DNA of 32,000 bases from Archaeoglobus fulgidus DSM 4304 (GCF_000008665.1 NC_000917.1:510001-542000), one strand, 5' to 3'; positions 17,711 through 27,374 are shown, counted from the first letter of the stretch. The notes: generated by a model from the sequence alone, not told the origin. A program made the numbers and translations.

Positions 17711-17983
17711 ATGGGCGATTACTTCGATATCCTGACCCTCATACTGACGGCCATATACCTTCTGATAGGAGGGGGGTTTATCATTTACATCTACGACACC
17801 TACAAGAGAACGAAGCAGGAATTCCTCATTTACCTCTCCATCGGCTTCTTTCTTCTCATCATCGGCGCTTCCCTGCCAGTCCTAACCTTCGTTGCTCAAG
17901 TGCTTGACATGAGCGTCGTTGTCGTGGCAATTCTTATGCAGATTGCCGGCCTGAGCTCGATATTCTACTCCATTGTAAGGTGA
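17711..17983 (+). CDS. small membrane protein (about 3 TM), hypothetical
   Basis: 90 aa, strongly hydrophobic. It starts 2 nt after the Lrp stop (TGATGAGATG). Confidence 0.5.
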   Translation: MGDYFDILTLILTAIYLLIGGGFIIYIYDTYKRTKQEFLIYLSIGFFLLIIGASLPVLTFVAQVLDMSVVVVAILMQIAGLSSIFYSIVR

Positions 17984-17986
17984 GAA

Positions 17987-18409
17987 ATGAGAGGAGAGAA
18001 GCTAACGAAAAAATGGAGGCTTATAAAGCTCTCCAGAATGCATTACAGCGACTTTGCGGTCAGGTTTATCGAGGAAATGCTTGAAGATAACGAAAGGCTC
18101 CATGACTTTTCCGTTAAGTACGGGATGGAAAAGGGAGCTGAGGTGAAGAGAAATCTACACCTGAAAGATTTCAGCGACGTTGCTGAGTTCCTGAGCATGA
18201 TTACAGGCGTGAGGGTGAGTGAGAAAGAGGGTGGCGTGGTTTTCGACGGTTGTCCGTCCAGGGAGATGACCGAAGTGAGGAAAACTGTCATATGCACCGG
18301 ATTTTTGGAAGGCTTCTTCAAAGTTTTTGGCTACGATGTTGAGGTGAATGCTGCCTGCGGGGAAAAGTGCAGGGTTGAGGTTAAAAAGAGAACTTCCTCT
18401 TCACGTTAA
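17987..18409 (+). CDS. V4R-like (4-vinyl-reductase-type) small-molecule-binding domain protein
   Basis: C-terminal pattern DGCPS...ICTGFLEGFFKVFG...AACGEKCRVEV resembles the V4R C..G..G...C..G..C signature. Assignment is moderate. Confidence 0.5.
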   Translation: MRGEKLTKKWRLIKLSRMHYSDFAVRFIEEMLEDNERLHDFSVKYGMEKGAEVKRNLHLKDFSDVAEFLSMITGVRVSEKEGGVVFDGCPSREMTEVRKTVICTGFLEGFFKVFGYDVEVNAACGEKCRVEVKKRTSSSR

Positions 18410-19967
18410 TCGCTATCCCCTTCTCGCTCCCCGCCATTTCCTTGCCGCTCATAGCTGCGAGCCCAACTCCGAAAATGCGGCTGTTGTGGAACACAACAAC
18501 GTCGTTTGGCCTTATTTTTTCGTCCGCCCTCAGAACTCCCCCTGCGAAAATCGTGCCCTTCACTTCGAAATCACCGATTTCCACAGTGTAGATGTTCTTT
18601 TCAAGAAGGTATGCGGCGATTTTTTCGTATATGTCCAGCATTCCGTAAATCCTGTCAACCCTCGCCAGCCTCTTTTTCCCCTCAAGTAACTCCAGCTCCG
18701 GATACCTCCCCGCAACCTTTCCGCTCCATGTGATGCCGAACTGATAGGAAAGCATGTGCTCCAAAATTCTGCGGTAAAGGTCGACCTTTCCCTTGCTTTC
18801 AATCTCCTGCTTCAGCCTTTCAATTGATTCGTCACTCAGGACATCTTTTTCAGCTGTGTAAACTACCTCCGCCTCAACCTCATCTTCAACCCTCTCCACA
18901 ACCTTTCTGTAACCTCCAGTGACGTGAGCAACCACCTTTCTGAACCCTCCCTTTTCTATGAACCTTTTAAGCCATCCCGCAACAAACGAAACCTCTTCCT
19001 CGCTCCAGTGGCCAGTCACCGGAGTGTCGTAGTTTACTGCAGGATACAGCAGCTCAAACTCCCTTGGAACGACGAGCGGGGAGGAGATGATTATTTCATT
19101 AACGTTAACCTTCACTTTGCTCCTCAGAGCTCTGTGGGTTCTGGAGGTGAGGTAGGGCTTTCTGGCGGTGCACGGAAGCAGCAGAACGGTGTCGCTGAAG
19201 GGCTTATAGCATTCAAGCGCCCTCTCAAAGAAATACCTGACCTCGAACCTGCTGGAGCTTTCCAAAGCCGAAAAGTTGCACCTCGACTTTCTGAATCTGG
19301 GAAAAGTGCTGTGATTTCTGAGACTGTCTGAGAGCCTCAATGCTGCTGTAAATTCGGGGTTCAGCTTCACCTTTCCCTCCACGTAGTTTCTGAGCTCTTC
19401 GTTGAGAATTAGTCTCCTGCACTTCTCCACTTCCATTCTCAGCATTTCCGTGTTGTGCTTTGCTGTTGTCTCCAGAAGGTTCTCTACTTCATCAACAACT
19501 CTGTTTCTGCAGTGTATGCAGTTGCAGGGGAGTCTGCGAAGCTTGCTAATCTCCACCTCCACCTCTCCGAGGAAGTAAATGCCGCTGTAAGCTTTTGCTA
19601 TTGCCAGAACGTTGTCAACCAAGTCGGCGCCAAGATAAATCAGCAGTGAAACGTTTGATGGAAGAGCGGAGGAGGCAGCATACAGTGGTTTGGGAGAAAC
19701 TCCTTCCTTGCTCAAATCTTCAAAGACCTGAACAAGCTGCCTGGGAGATAGCAAGTGCAGGGAGGTTAGAATCTCCACCTCCTCGTTTATCGGCCTGAGC
19801 CTTGAATAAAGCTCCTCACTGATGAACTTCAAGGAGGTTGGGGCTAATCCGAAATCCCACTCAGGAATCTCTCCCACCTCAAGTATGGCTGGCGTTTGAA
19901 CTGTTCTACCTTCAACCTCGAATTTTCCTGTTCTGGAGAACCCGTCCCTTTTCTCAGGATAGAACAT
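18381..19967 (-). CDS. arcS: archaeosine synthase ArcS (TgtA paralogue with C-terminal PUA domain)
   Basis: 528 aa. TGT-like N-terminus (GRTVQTPAIL), CNCIHC Zn motif, C-terminal PUA-like IFAGGVLRADEKIRPNDVVVF...GVGLAAMSGKEM. 14-nt overlap with tgtA. Confidence 0.85.
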   Translation of the reverse strand: MFYPEKRDGFSRTGKFEVEGRTVQTPAILEVGEIPEWDFGLAPTSLKFISEELYSRLRPINEEVEILTSLHLLSPRQLVQVFEDLSKEGVSPKPLYAASSALPSNVSLLIYLGADLVDNVLAIAKAYSGIYFLGEVEVEISKLRRLPCNCIHCRNRVVDEVENLLETTAKHNTEMLRMEVEKCRRLILNEELRNYVEGKVKLNPEFTAALRLSDSLRNHSTFPRFRKSRCNFSALESSSRFEVRYFFERALECYKPFSDTVLLLPCTARKPYLTSRTHRALRSKVKVNVNEIIISSPLVVPREFELLYPAVNYDTPVTGHWSEEEVSFVAGWLKRFIEKGGFRKVVAHVTGGYRKVVERVEDEVEAEVVYTAEKDVLSDESIERLKQEIESKGKVDLYRRILEHMLSYQFGITWSGKVAGRYPELELLEGKKRLARVDRIYGMLDIYEKIAAYLLEKNIYTVEIGDFEVKGTIFAGGVLRADEKIRPNDVVVFHNSRIFGVGLAAMSGKEMAGSEKGIAINVKRKFSF

Positions 19968-21399
19968 TCAGCTCACCGTTCGGTGGGAGATTCTGAAGGT
20001 GCTTCATCCACACCTTTGACACGTAAACCTTAAACCTTTTCTCTGGATGAGAGTTCATAAGCTCCATCAGCGCTTCAGATGCCGCTTTCAGAGCCTCCTC
20101 CTCCACAACGTCCTCTTCAGGAATTTCTGCATGGCCAGCGGGGTAGGTTTCCAGCATCTCTGCAGGCACGGGGCCAAAGACGGGGCGGAGATAGATGTTG
20201 GCGTAGATACCAAAATCTGTTGAAACCAGAACTTCTTCAGGAAGCTCCACGTTTTTGATTGCCTTGACATGCCTCCTAACTGCAGGGCGGTAAAGGCTGT
20301 CGATGCCGGTGTAGAGGAACTTCCTCTTCATTTTGGGGTCAGCCTTTTCAAGCAGCTCCCAGTAATGCTTAACCTGCCTCCATCCAGCCAGCATGTTGGG
20401 ATGCGCTCTCACCCTCTTCTCAACAAGCTCGAACAGAGAGTTCTCCTTTATAGCCTGCTTTATCGTCTCAATCTCCTGAAAGCTGACGTAGAGGTTGTGC
20501 TCCGCAATCAGCCTCTCCCTCTCATTCTTCTCCATTCTCCTGAGCTCCTCGGGGTCGTGATTGGAGCAGACGGGGCACTTGCAGGGGAAGTAGTTCAGCT
20601 CCGACAGCTTCTTTGTGCCATAAACCGTAAGGTAGCGGTCGTCCTTGGCGTAGAGAGCGTAGGCAGCGGAGTCAAAGAGGTCGCAGCCAAGAGCAACGGC
20701 CATGGCAAAGAGCATTGGATGACCACACCCAAAGAGGTGGATGGGCTCAACTGGAAGAGCACTCCTGACCTCAAGAATCACCCTCGCCAGATCTCTGAAG
20801 CGATAAGCATCCATCAGCGGAACCACTGCACCAATGGGGTAGATGTCCCCACCAATCTTCCTTGCCTCGCCTGCAGCGAACCTCCTAAGGTCGGGGTGGG
20901 TGGAGCCCTGAACAGGAACAGCGAGAAGGTTCTCTGCCCCCTTCAAAAGCTCCTTAGCCTCTCTCTCCCTCTCAAGGGTGATTCTCAGATCAGATTCTGC
21001 GGTAGCATAATCAGCATCGGGCGGTGTGGGAATGTCGAGCGGGACGATGATGTCCGAGCCTATATGCCTCTGGAACTCCACAATCTCTGCATTTTTAATC
21101 TCAACATCGCCGTAAACCATGAGCTGGTAGCTCCCGCTGTCCGTCATTACGGGCATGTCTGTCTCAAGAATTCCGTGCACTCCCTTTTCCAGAGCCTCCT
21201 CCCTCATGCTCCTGTAGATGATGTAGGAGTTCGTAATCACGGCCTGCGCACCGAACTTTTTCATCTCCTCAGCTCTGATGAAGGGAATGTTTGGATTTAT
21301 TACGGGCAGAATCGTGGGAGTCTCTATCCTGCCGTGGGGGGTCTCAATCCTGCAAATTCTGCCCATTGCATCCTTATCGAGAATCTCGAACCTCTGCAT
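19954..21399 (-). CDS. tgtA: archaeal tRNA-guanine(15) transglycosylase (archaeosine TGT)
   Basis: 481 aa. GRICRIETPHGRIETPTILPVINP, MTDSGSYQ, LFGCGHPM, Zn site CKCPVCSNH. Confidence 0.93.
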   Translation of the reverse strand: MQRFEILDKDAMGRICRIETPHGRIETPTILPVINPNIPFIRAEEMKKFGAQAVITNSYIIYRSMREEALEKGVHGILETDMPVMTDSGSYQLMVYGDVEIKNAEIVEFQRHIGSDIIVPLDIPTPPDADYATAESDLRITLEREREAKELLKGAENLLAVPVQGSTHPDLRRFAAGEARKIGGDIYPIGAVVPLMDAYRFRDLARVILEVRSALPVEPIHLFGCGHPMLFAMAVALGCDLFDSAAYALYAKDDRYLTVYGTKKLSELNYFPCKCPVCSNHDPEELRRMEKNERERLIAEHNLYVSFQEIETIKQAIKENSLFELVEKRVRAHPNMLAGWRQVKHYWELLEKADPKMKRKFLYTGIDSLYRPAVRRHVKAIKNVELPEEVLVSTDFGIYANIYLRPVFGPVPAEMLETYPAGHAEIPEEDVVEEEALKAASEALMELMNSHPEKRFKVYVSKVWMKHLQNLPPNGELNVLS

Positions 21400-21474
21400 T
21401 GCTCTGAATAGGGGGTGGGGATATTAATACTTCCGCACCTCAAACTATATCTATCCTGCAGCCCTCAAAATTTC

Positions 21475-22329
21475 ATGGTAATCTTGGTGGGCGGGACAAA
21501 CGGGCTGATGGCTCTGAAAGTTGCGAAAATCTCCGGCCTCCCTCTCTGCTACTCCCACGTTGACCGCTATCCTGACGGAGAGAAGTACTTCCGCTTTGCC
21601 TCGAACATTGATGGGGAGGATGTTGTTATATTCAACTCCATGCATCCCAATCCTGACGAGATAATCTTCGAAACGCTCCTCATAGCTGAAACGGCCTACA
21701 GCAACGGAGCAAGGTCGGTTACATGCGTTTTTCCCTACTTTGCCTACGCGCGTAGTTTGGATACCGTAAAGGGGGAAGCTTTGCCCATCAAAACCGTCGT
21801 GAAGGTGCTGAAAGCAGCAGGTGTTAAGAAAATTATCACGGTTGACTTCCACCTTCAGGAGAACGTGTTTGGCGTTGAACATGTTGACCTCACCGGAATG
21901 GAGAAGCTGGCGGAATACTGCCTTGAGGAGTTCTCCGACAGTTTTACCGTCCTTGCCCCTGACGAGAAAGCGGCATTCTGGGCGGAGAAGTTTGCGGCCA
22001 AGGCCAACTGTGACGTTGTGGCTCTGAGAAAGATAAGAATAGATGCGGAGAACGTGATTATAGACGATTTAAGGACGGGAGTTGAGGGCGATGTTGTTAT
22101 AGTCGACGACATAGTTTCCACCGGAGGAACTGTCTGCCAGGCTGCAAGAATAGCGAAAAGGGCTGGAGCAAGAAGAGTCTTTGTAGCATGCACCCACGCA
22201 ATTCTTGCGAGAGATGCGATGATGAGAATCCTCGAATCCGGGATAGAGGATATCGTTTCCACCGACACCATACTTAGCCCGGTCAGCCACGTGAGCGTTG
22301 CTGATGTTATCGCCTCCGCGCTAAGTTAA
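21475..22329 (+). CDS. prs: ribose-phosphate pyrophosphokinase (PRPP synthase)
   Basis: YPDGEKYFRF and PRPP loop VIVDDIVSTGGT. Start taken at ATG 21475 (MVILVGG...) rather than the upstream ORF-track start. Confidence 0.93.
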   Translation: MVILVGGTNGLMALKVAKISGLPLCYSHVDRYPDGEKYFRFASNIDGEDVVIFNSMHPNPDEIIFETLLIAETAYSNGARSVTCVFPYFAYARSLDTVKGEALPIKTVVKVLKAAGVKKIITVDFHLQENVFGVEHVDLTGMEKLAEYCLEEFSDSFTVLAPDEKAAFWAEKFAAKANCDVVALRKIRIDAENVIIDDLRTGVEGDVVIVDDIVSTGGTVCQAARIAKRAGARRVFVACTHAILARDAMMRILESGIEDIVSTDTILSPVSHVSVADVIASALS

Positions 22330-22362
22330 GCTTATAAAACCCACCGCTTTAACACTAAAGCC

Positions 22363-23360
22363 ATGATGCAGAACGAAAAGGTCAAGGTCTACTTCCTGAC
22401 GGTCATCTTGAAAAGCCAATCTGGGACGCCTTAATTACCGCTGGATACAGGCTTGGAAAGACGGAGAGGGGATACCTCATTGACGTTGACCACCCCAAGC
22501 TGGTTTTTAAGCAGGTGAGACCGCAGATAATGCCCTTTTACATAGAAATGGGGAAAGGAGATGGAGGGATAACGGGAGAGGACATTCTGCAGAACTGGAT
22601 GCTGAAGTCTAACCTGAAGAACGTTGAAATTCTGGAGGAGCTGCCGTTGAGACCGACAAAGCTCGTGGTGGCGATTTCGGAAGAAATATATCCAGACGTT
22701 TACACGATAGAGGATTTCAAGGAGAAAGTAGGGGACAGAGAGGTCTTCATAGCCTCCGAGTTCCCTGAAATTGCGAGAAAGTATGCTGAGAAGCACGGGC
22801 TGAATGCAATCGTCTTCGACCCCATAGGAAAGACCGAGGCCGCATTGCTCCCCCCAATGCCTGAGGCGGACCTGATTATCGAGATCACCGAGTTCGGAAC
22901 GACTCTGAAGGAGAACATGTGCAGGATTATCGACTTGGTTATGGATAAAGTCCACTCGGTTTTCATCGTCAACAAAGAGTCGCTCAAGGATGAGGAGAAG
23001 AAGCAGGTGATGGAGAACCTCGTCACGGACCTCAAAGAGGTGATCGAGTCCAGAAACCTTGTGAGTTTCTACTTCAATGTTCCAAATGAGGACGACCTGA
23101 GAAGGATAATAGACTACCTAACCGAGAACGGCTTCGACCCCACCATCTCTCCTCTGGCCAAGGGTGGGGCGGCAGTGCACATCATCGTTGACAGAAGCCG
23201 TGTGAAGTTCCTGAAGCCGATAATAAGGGGCATGGGAGCCAAGAGAATTGCCACCTCCCCGGTGATAACTTCGGGGACTAATCGAGCAGCTCAACAAAAA
23301 CCCTTTTATCTTCTTTCAGGTATCCAACGGGAATTCCCCTCTGCTTCGCCTTTCTTTTAA
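22363..23360 (+). CDS. hisG: ATP phosphoribosyltransferase HisG (long form), with an apparent 1-nt frameshift near codon 11
   Basis: MMQNEKVKVYF is in frame 1 (ATG 22363). The homologous continuation PDGHLEKPIWDALITAGY...VRPQIMPFYIEMGKGDGGITGED...EITEFGTTLKEN is in frame 3. Frame 3 has no ATG/GTG/TTG between the stop at 22356 and GTG 22515. Confidence 0.85.
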
Positions 23361-23655
23361 GCTCCTTGTCGTTGGTGATAAGAATGCACCCGTATTTTTC
23401 AGCGGCTTCAATTAAAGAGGGGTCCCCCTCGCTCTCCGTCTCCACAACTTCAAAGTGCTCAAGAAGCTTTAGAGCAAATCTCGCCGCTACTTTCTCCTTC
23501 CCCCTTAAGCTCATTTCGAGCTTCTCAAGCTCCCTTTTGACTGAGGCCGTTATCAGAAACCTGCTGAAGCCGAACTCCCTTAGCTGCCCAACTACGTCGG
23601 CCTTATTGAGGTATACGTACATCAGAACGTTGGTGTCTACTACCGCGCACCTCAC
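23278..23655 (-). CDS. PIN-domain protein (Fcf1/COG1412-like), coupled to eIF2-gamma
   Basis: VVDTNVLM...[12 protein letters not shown]...[16 protein letters not shown] 23655 forms a GTGA overlap with the eIF2-gamma stop. ATG 23685 is an alternative start. Confidence 0.8.
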   Translation of the reverse strand: MRCAVVDTNVLMYVYLNKADVVGQLREFGFSRFLITASVKRELEKLEMSLRGKEKVAARFALKLLEHFEVVETESEGDPSLIEAAEKYGCILITNDKELKRKAKQRGIPVGYLKEDKRVFVELLD

Positions 23656-24875
23656 CTTATTATTCCTGCCCCTATCAGCCTCCATCTGCTCCCTACTCTC
23701 CTGCTGATGGCAACTCTCGAACCCTTATCAGCACACACTGGCCTTCTGAGCTTCACCTCAACGATGTCATCCCTCGCTGATGTCACAACTCCCAGAGTTA
23801 TTGCAGTCCCCACTGCGAGCATGAGGGGCTCGTTCATCTTTATCTTCTCGACCTCCATTTCTTCATCAAGCCCCACAACCCTTTCAAGGAGGTTCACTTC
23901 CATCGTAAAGCTCGTCAGCACGTCTGGCAAATTGCCCGGGTGGCCTACTACATTTCCCACGAGGGCGTCGCTCTTCGTAAGGGTAGGGTCGAGCTTCGTT
24001 GCTATACCCACAAGCCCTCCCGGTGTTGCCTCATCAACAAATCTTCCCGATGCCACAATGCTCTGAACCTCGGTAAAGAGAGGATTCCAGTTCCCCCTTT
24101 CATCCTTCACCCCGGGCCTGATTTCGATCTCATCGCCAACTCTTATCCTGCCTCTCGAAAGGCTCCCTCCGAGCACACCTCCGAGCAGCTTCTCGGGCGG
24201 AGTGCCTGGCTTGTTGACATCGAAGCTTCTTGCCACATGCATTAGCGGCGGGGAGTCAAGGTCCCTTTCAGGTGTTGGGATGGTTTCCTCGATAGCCTCG
24301 ATGAGTGCGTCCATGTTCACCTTCTGCTGCGCTGAGATTGGGATTATCGGAGCGTTTTCTGCCACTGTTCCCTTAACAAACTCCTTTATTTCCTGATAGT
24401 TTTCCAGCACCCTCTCTCTGCTTACGATATCTATCTTGTTCTGGGCAATGACTATTTTGTCGATACCGATGATCTGCAGAGCCATCAGGTGCTCCTTTGT
24501 TTGGGGACGGGGACACTTCTCATTAGCGGCGATGACCAGCACGGCCCCATCCATGATTGCCGCACCGCTGAGCATCGTTGCCATCAGCATCTCGTGGCCC
24601 GGGCTGTCAACAAAGCTTACCGTCCTCAAAATTTCAGTTTCAACGCCATGAATCGGGCAGATTTCTTCAACCGTGTACGCTTCGGGAGGTTCACATTCCG
24701 GACATTTTCTGAATGTCGCATCTGCATAACCGAGCTTGATTGAGATACCTCTTTTCAACTCCTCACTATGTCTGTCAGTCCAGACACCACTCAACGCTGC
24801 AACAAGAGTGGTTTTACCGTGATCAACGTGACCGACAAGTCCGATATTAACTTCAGGAAGCGGAACTTCACTCAT
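23652..24875 (-). CDS. eif2g: translation initiation factor aIF2 gamma subunit
   Basis: [24 protein letters not shown], Zn knuckle CPECE, NKID. Start taken at ATG 24875 rather than 24926. Confidence 0.95.
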   Translation of the reverse strand: MSEVPLPEVNIGLVGHVDHGKTTLVAALSGVWTDRHSEELKRGISIKLGYADATFRKCPECEPPEAYTVEEICPIHGVETEILRTVSFVDSPGHEMLMATMLSGAAIMDGAVLVIAANEKCPRPQTKEHLMALQIIGIDKIVIAQNKIDIVSRERVLENYQEIKEFVKGTVAENAPIIPISAQQKVNMDALIEAIEETIPTPERDLDSPPLMHVARSFDVNKPGTPPEKLLGGVLGGSLSRGRIRVGDEIEIRPGVKDERGNWNPLFTEVQSIVASGRFVDEATPGGLVGIATKLDPTLTKSDALVGNVVGHPGNLPDVLTSFTMEVNLLERVVGLDEEMEVEKIKMNEPLMLAVGTAITLGVVTSARDDIVEVKLRRPVCADKGSRVAISRRVGSRWRLIGAGIIR

Positions 24876-24970
24876 GAAATCAATCCTTAGGGGAATGTAT
24901 TTAAATGTTGAGGGATTTCGCCTCATGAGCTTTGGGCAACATTTTTAACTTTTCTGACAGTTTGTCGTCA

Positions 24971-25357
24971 ATGCCCAGAAAAGATGTTGCGGAAAAGCTT
25001 CGGAGAAGGGCGATGGGATTCATGGATGCCGCTAAGGAAAGGCTTAAGGTAGGTGATTACGACCTCACATGCTTTATGGCTGAGCAGGCAGTTCAGCTTT
25101 ACCTCAAGTCTGTGATTCTCGAATTGAGCGGAGAGGTGCCGAGAACTCATTCCATCAGGCAGTTGCTGTCAATTTTGTCGAAGCTTCTTGACGAGCAGTT
25201 CGATTTTGATAGAAAACAGCTTGTTTTTCTTGAGGACGCCTACATCAAAGCCCGCTACCTTGGGGCGGGTTATGAAAGGGAGGATGCAGAGGAAGCGATT
25301 AAAATTGCAGAGGAGGTGATCTCAGCTGTTTCCAGAGTTATGGAAGGAAAGGATTAG
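24971..25357 (+). CDS. HEPN-domain protein (partner of the adjacent nucleotidyltransferase)
   Basis: LRRRAMGFMDAAKERLKVGDYDLTCFMAEQAVQLYLK...PRTHSIRQL...DAYIKARY is a typical HEPN layout. ATG 24971 is preferred over TTG 24932. Confidence 0.8.
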   Translation: MPRKDVAEKLRRRAMGFMDAAKERLKVGDYDLTCFMAEQAVQLYLKSVILELSGEVPRTHSIRQLLSILSKLLDEQFDFDRKQLVFLEDAYIKARYLGAGYEREDAEEAIKIAEEVISAVSRVMEGKD

Positions 25358-25412
25358 GATTGCGAGAGAGTATAGGAAGTGGCTGCCAAGAATAGTTAAG
25401 GCGGCAAGAGAG

Positions 25413-25670
25413 GTGCTGGGTGAGGCTGAAGTCTACCTCTTTGGCAGCGTTGCTGAAGGAAAAGCTGTGCTTTCAAGCGATATTGATATTCTGGTGGTTA
25501 CAACGAGAGAAGAAGTGAGAAAGGCAAGAGAGAGGGCAAGAATAATAGCTGAAATTGAGGAGAGGGCTGGGTTGCCGTTTGTGCATCCCTTCGAGTTTCA
25601 TATAATGGACGAGGAAGAGTTCAGGGTGTGGTTGGAGGTGTTCAGGCCGAAAATTGTGAGAATTTTGTAG
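25413..25670 (+). CDS. minimal nucleotidyltransferase (MNT), start codon uncertain
   Basis: LFGSVAEGKAVLSSDIDILVV (GS...D.D motif). The frame is open from 25320 and encodes a plausible N-terminal helix, but the first canonical start is GTG 25413. Confidence 0.8.
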   Translation: MLGEAEVYLFGSVAEGKAVLSSDIDILVVTTREEVRKARERARIIAEIEERAGLPFVHPFEFHIMDEEEFRVWLEVFRPKIVRIL

Positions 25671-25925
25671 CTTTGTTAGGTGTTGGCCTAAGATAGTTTA
25701 ATCCCAAGGAATCTGCACACCCTTTTCAGCAAACTCCTTCATCTCCTGTAGAAGATCACAGCCAAGCCTGCGCACAATTTTCATCTCCTCTGCTCGTTAT
25801 TCAATTCAGCCAGCATGTTTTCGCTCATGCTCATTGGTTTTGTTGAATCGAAATTGGCCAGAAATTTAAACCAGCCCAAAATTACCCAACAGAAAACTAT
25901 TTTTTCCGCCTGAAAAAGCTGGAGT

Positions 25926-27374
25926 GTGCTTGCCCGCAGAGTTCTGAAGAACGTCATCTACAACAGCAGCTCCGTGCTTATCGGGAATCTGGCGGGCCTG
26001 GTTATATCCATTTACGTTGCAAGGGTTTTGAAGCCCGAGCTTTTCGGGATTTACTCGCTCGCAATTTCAGTCGCGTTTTTGCTAATGACCTTTACCGATC
26101 TCGGGATAAATGCGACTTTGGTAAGATACGTGGCCCACGCCAACATTAAAGGTGACGATGAGCTTGTTAGGGGTTATATTCGGAGTCTGACTAAGTTAAA
26201 GGCTTTACTTGTGCTGGCTGTGGCCTCAATGCTTTTCTTAGGCTCAGATTTTATTGCTGAGCAATTTTTCAGCAAACCGGAGCTGTCATTGCCCTTGAGA
26301 ATAATGGCGCTCTACATCACGTTCTTTTCAATGGCAGGATTTATAAACGGCATTTTCAACGCCTTTAACGACTTCAAGGCAAATTTTGTTAGAGCCCTAG
26401 TTTACGAAATTTCAAGGGCAACACTCATTTTTCTTCTCCTCTACCTCGGTCTGTCAGTTGCCGGGGCGTTGCTGGGGTACGTGGGTGCCAGCTTACTTTC
26501 GCTTATCGCTCTACTTGCTATGCTTTTCAGAAAATTGAGAAATTTTCTGTTTGGTAAAGCGAAGCGGGTCGACTGGAGAAGGATTGTGAGGTTTACCGGT
26601 TACCTCACCGTTGGCTCCATAACATGGACCGTCTTCGCTTACGTCGACTCCGTAATGATAGGGGCTATGCTACCTTCAGAGGATGTCGGATTTTACAGAG
26701 CGGCATACAACATTGTAGGGGCAGTTTCCGGGATTGTCGCTCTGCCAGGCGTGCTCTTTCCCGTTTTCGTTCAGCTCGAGAGTGAGGATCTGAGAAGCGC
26801 TTTCAGCAGAGTTTTCCGCTACGCATCGATTATTGCCTTCCCCTGCACATTTGGACTTATGGTTATAGCCGAGCCTCTTGTGAAGTTCGTCTACGGCGCA
26901 GATTACCTTCAGGCGGCAGGGGTTATGGTTGTGCTCTCCATTCTGATTCTCCGATCGGCATTGGGCTTCTGGGGGGCGCTTTTCAACGCCAAGGAGATGC
27001 CCGAATATCCGGTATATGCAACTTTTTTCGGAATGATACTGAATGTGGTTCTGAACTACGTATTTATCTTGAGAATGGGAATAGTGGGGGCGGCAATCGC
27101 AACTGTAATGTCAAACGCTTTTGTTTGGTTTACTCTTGCCTTTTTGTCGGTGAAGCATTTTGGAGTTGTTGTCAGAGCTTCTTACATTTTGAAACCGTTA
27201 ACATCCGCTGCTGTAATGACGGCTTTGCTTTGGTATGCAGGATTCGGGTCGCTTGCCGATGCGATTCTTAAGGTGTTGGTAGGGGCTGGGATTTACTTTC
27301 TGTTGCTTTACGTTTTGAGGGGCTTTGGAAGGGAGGATGTGGAGTATTTAAGGAGTGTATTGGCGTGGAAATGA
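25926..27374 (+). CDS. MOP-superfamily polysaccharide/oligosaccharide flippase (Wzx-like)
   Basis: 482 aa, about 14 TM. N-terminal VLKNVIYNSSSVLIGNLAGLVISIYVARVLKPELFGIYSL is typical of polysaccharide biosynthesis proteins. GTG start. Confidence 0.8.
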   Translation: MLARRVLKNVIYNSSSVLIGNLAGLVISIYVARVLKPELFGIYSLAISVAFLLMTFTDLGINATLVRYVAHANIKGDDELVRGYIRSLTKLKALLVLAVASMLFLGSDFIAEQFFSKPELSLPLRIMALYITFFSMAGFINGIFNAFNDFKANFVRALVYEISRATLIFLLLYLGLSVAGALLGYVGASLLSLIALLAMLFRKLRNFLFGKAKRVDWRRIVRFTGYLTVGSITWTVFAYVDSVMIGAMLPSEDVGFYRAAYNIVGAVSGIVALPGVLFPVFVQLESEDLRSAFSRVFRYASIIAFPCTFGLMVIAEPLVKFVYGADYLQAAGVMVVLSILILRSALGFWGALFNAKEMPEYPVYATFFGMILNVVLNYVFILRMGIVGAAIATVMSNAFVWFTLAFLSVKHFGVVVRASYILKPLTSAAVMTALLWYAGFGSLADAILKVLVGAGIYFLLLYVLRGFGREDVEYLRSVLAWK

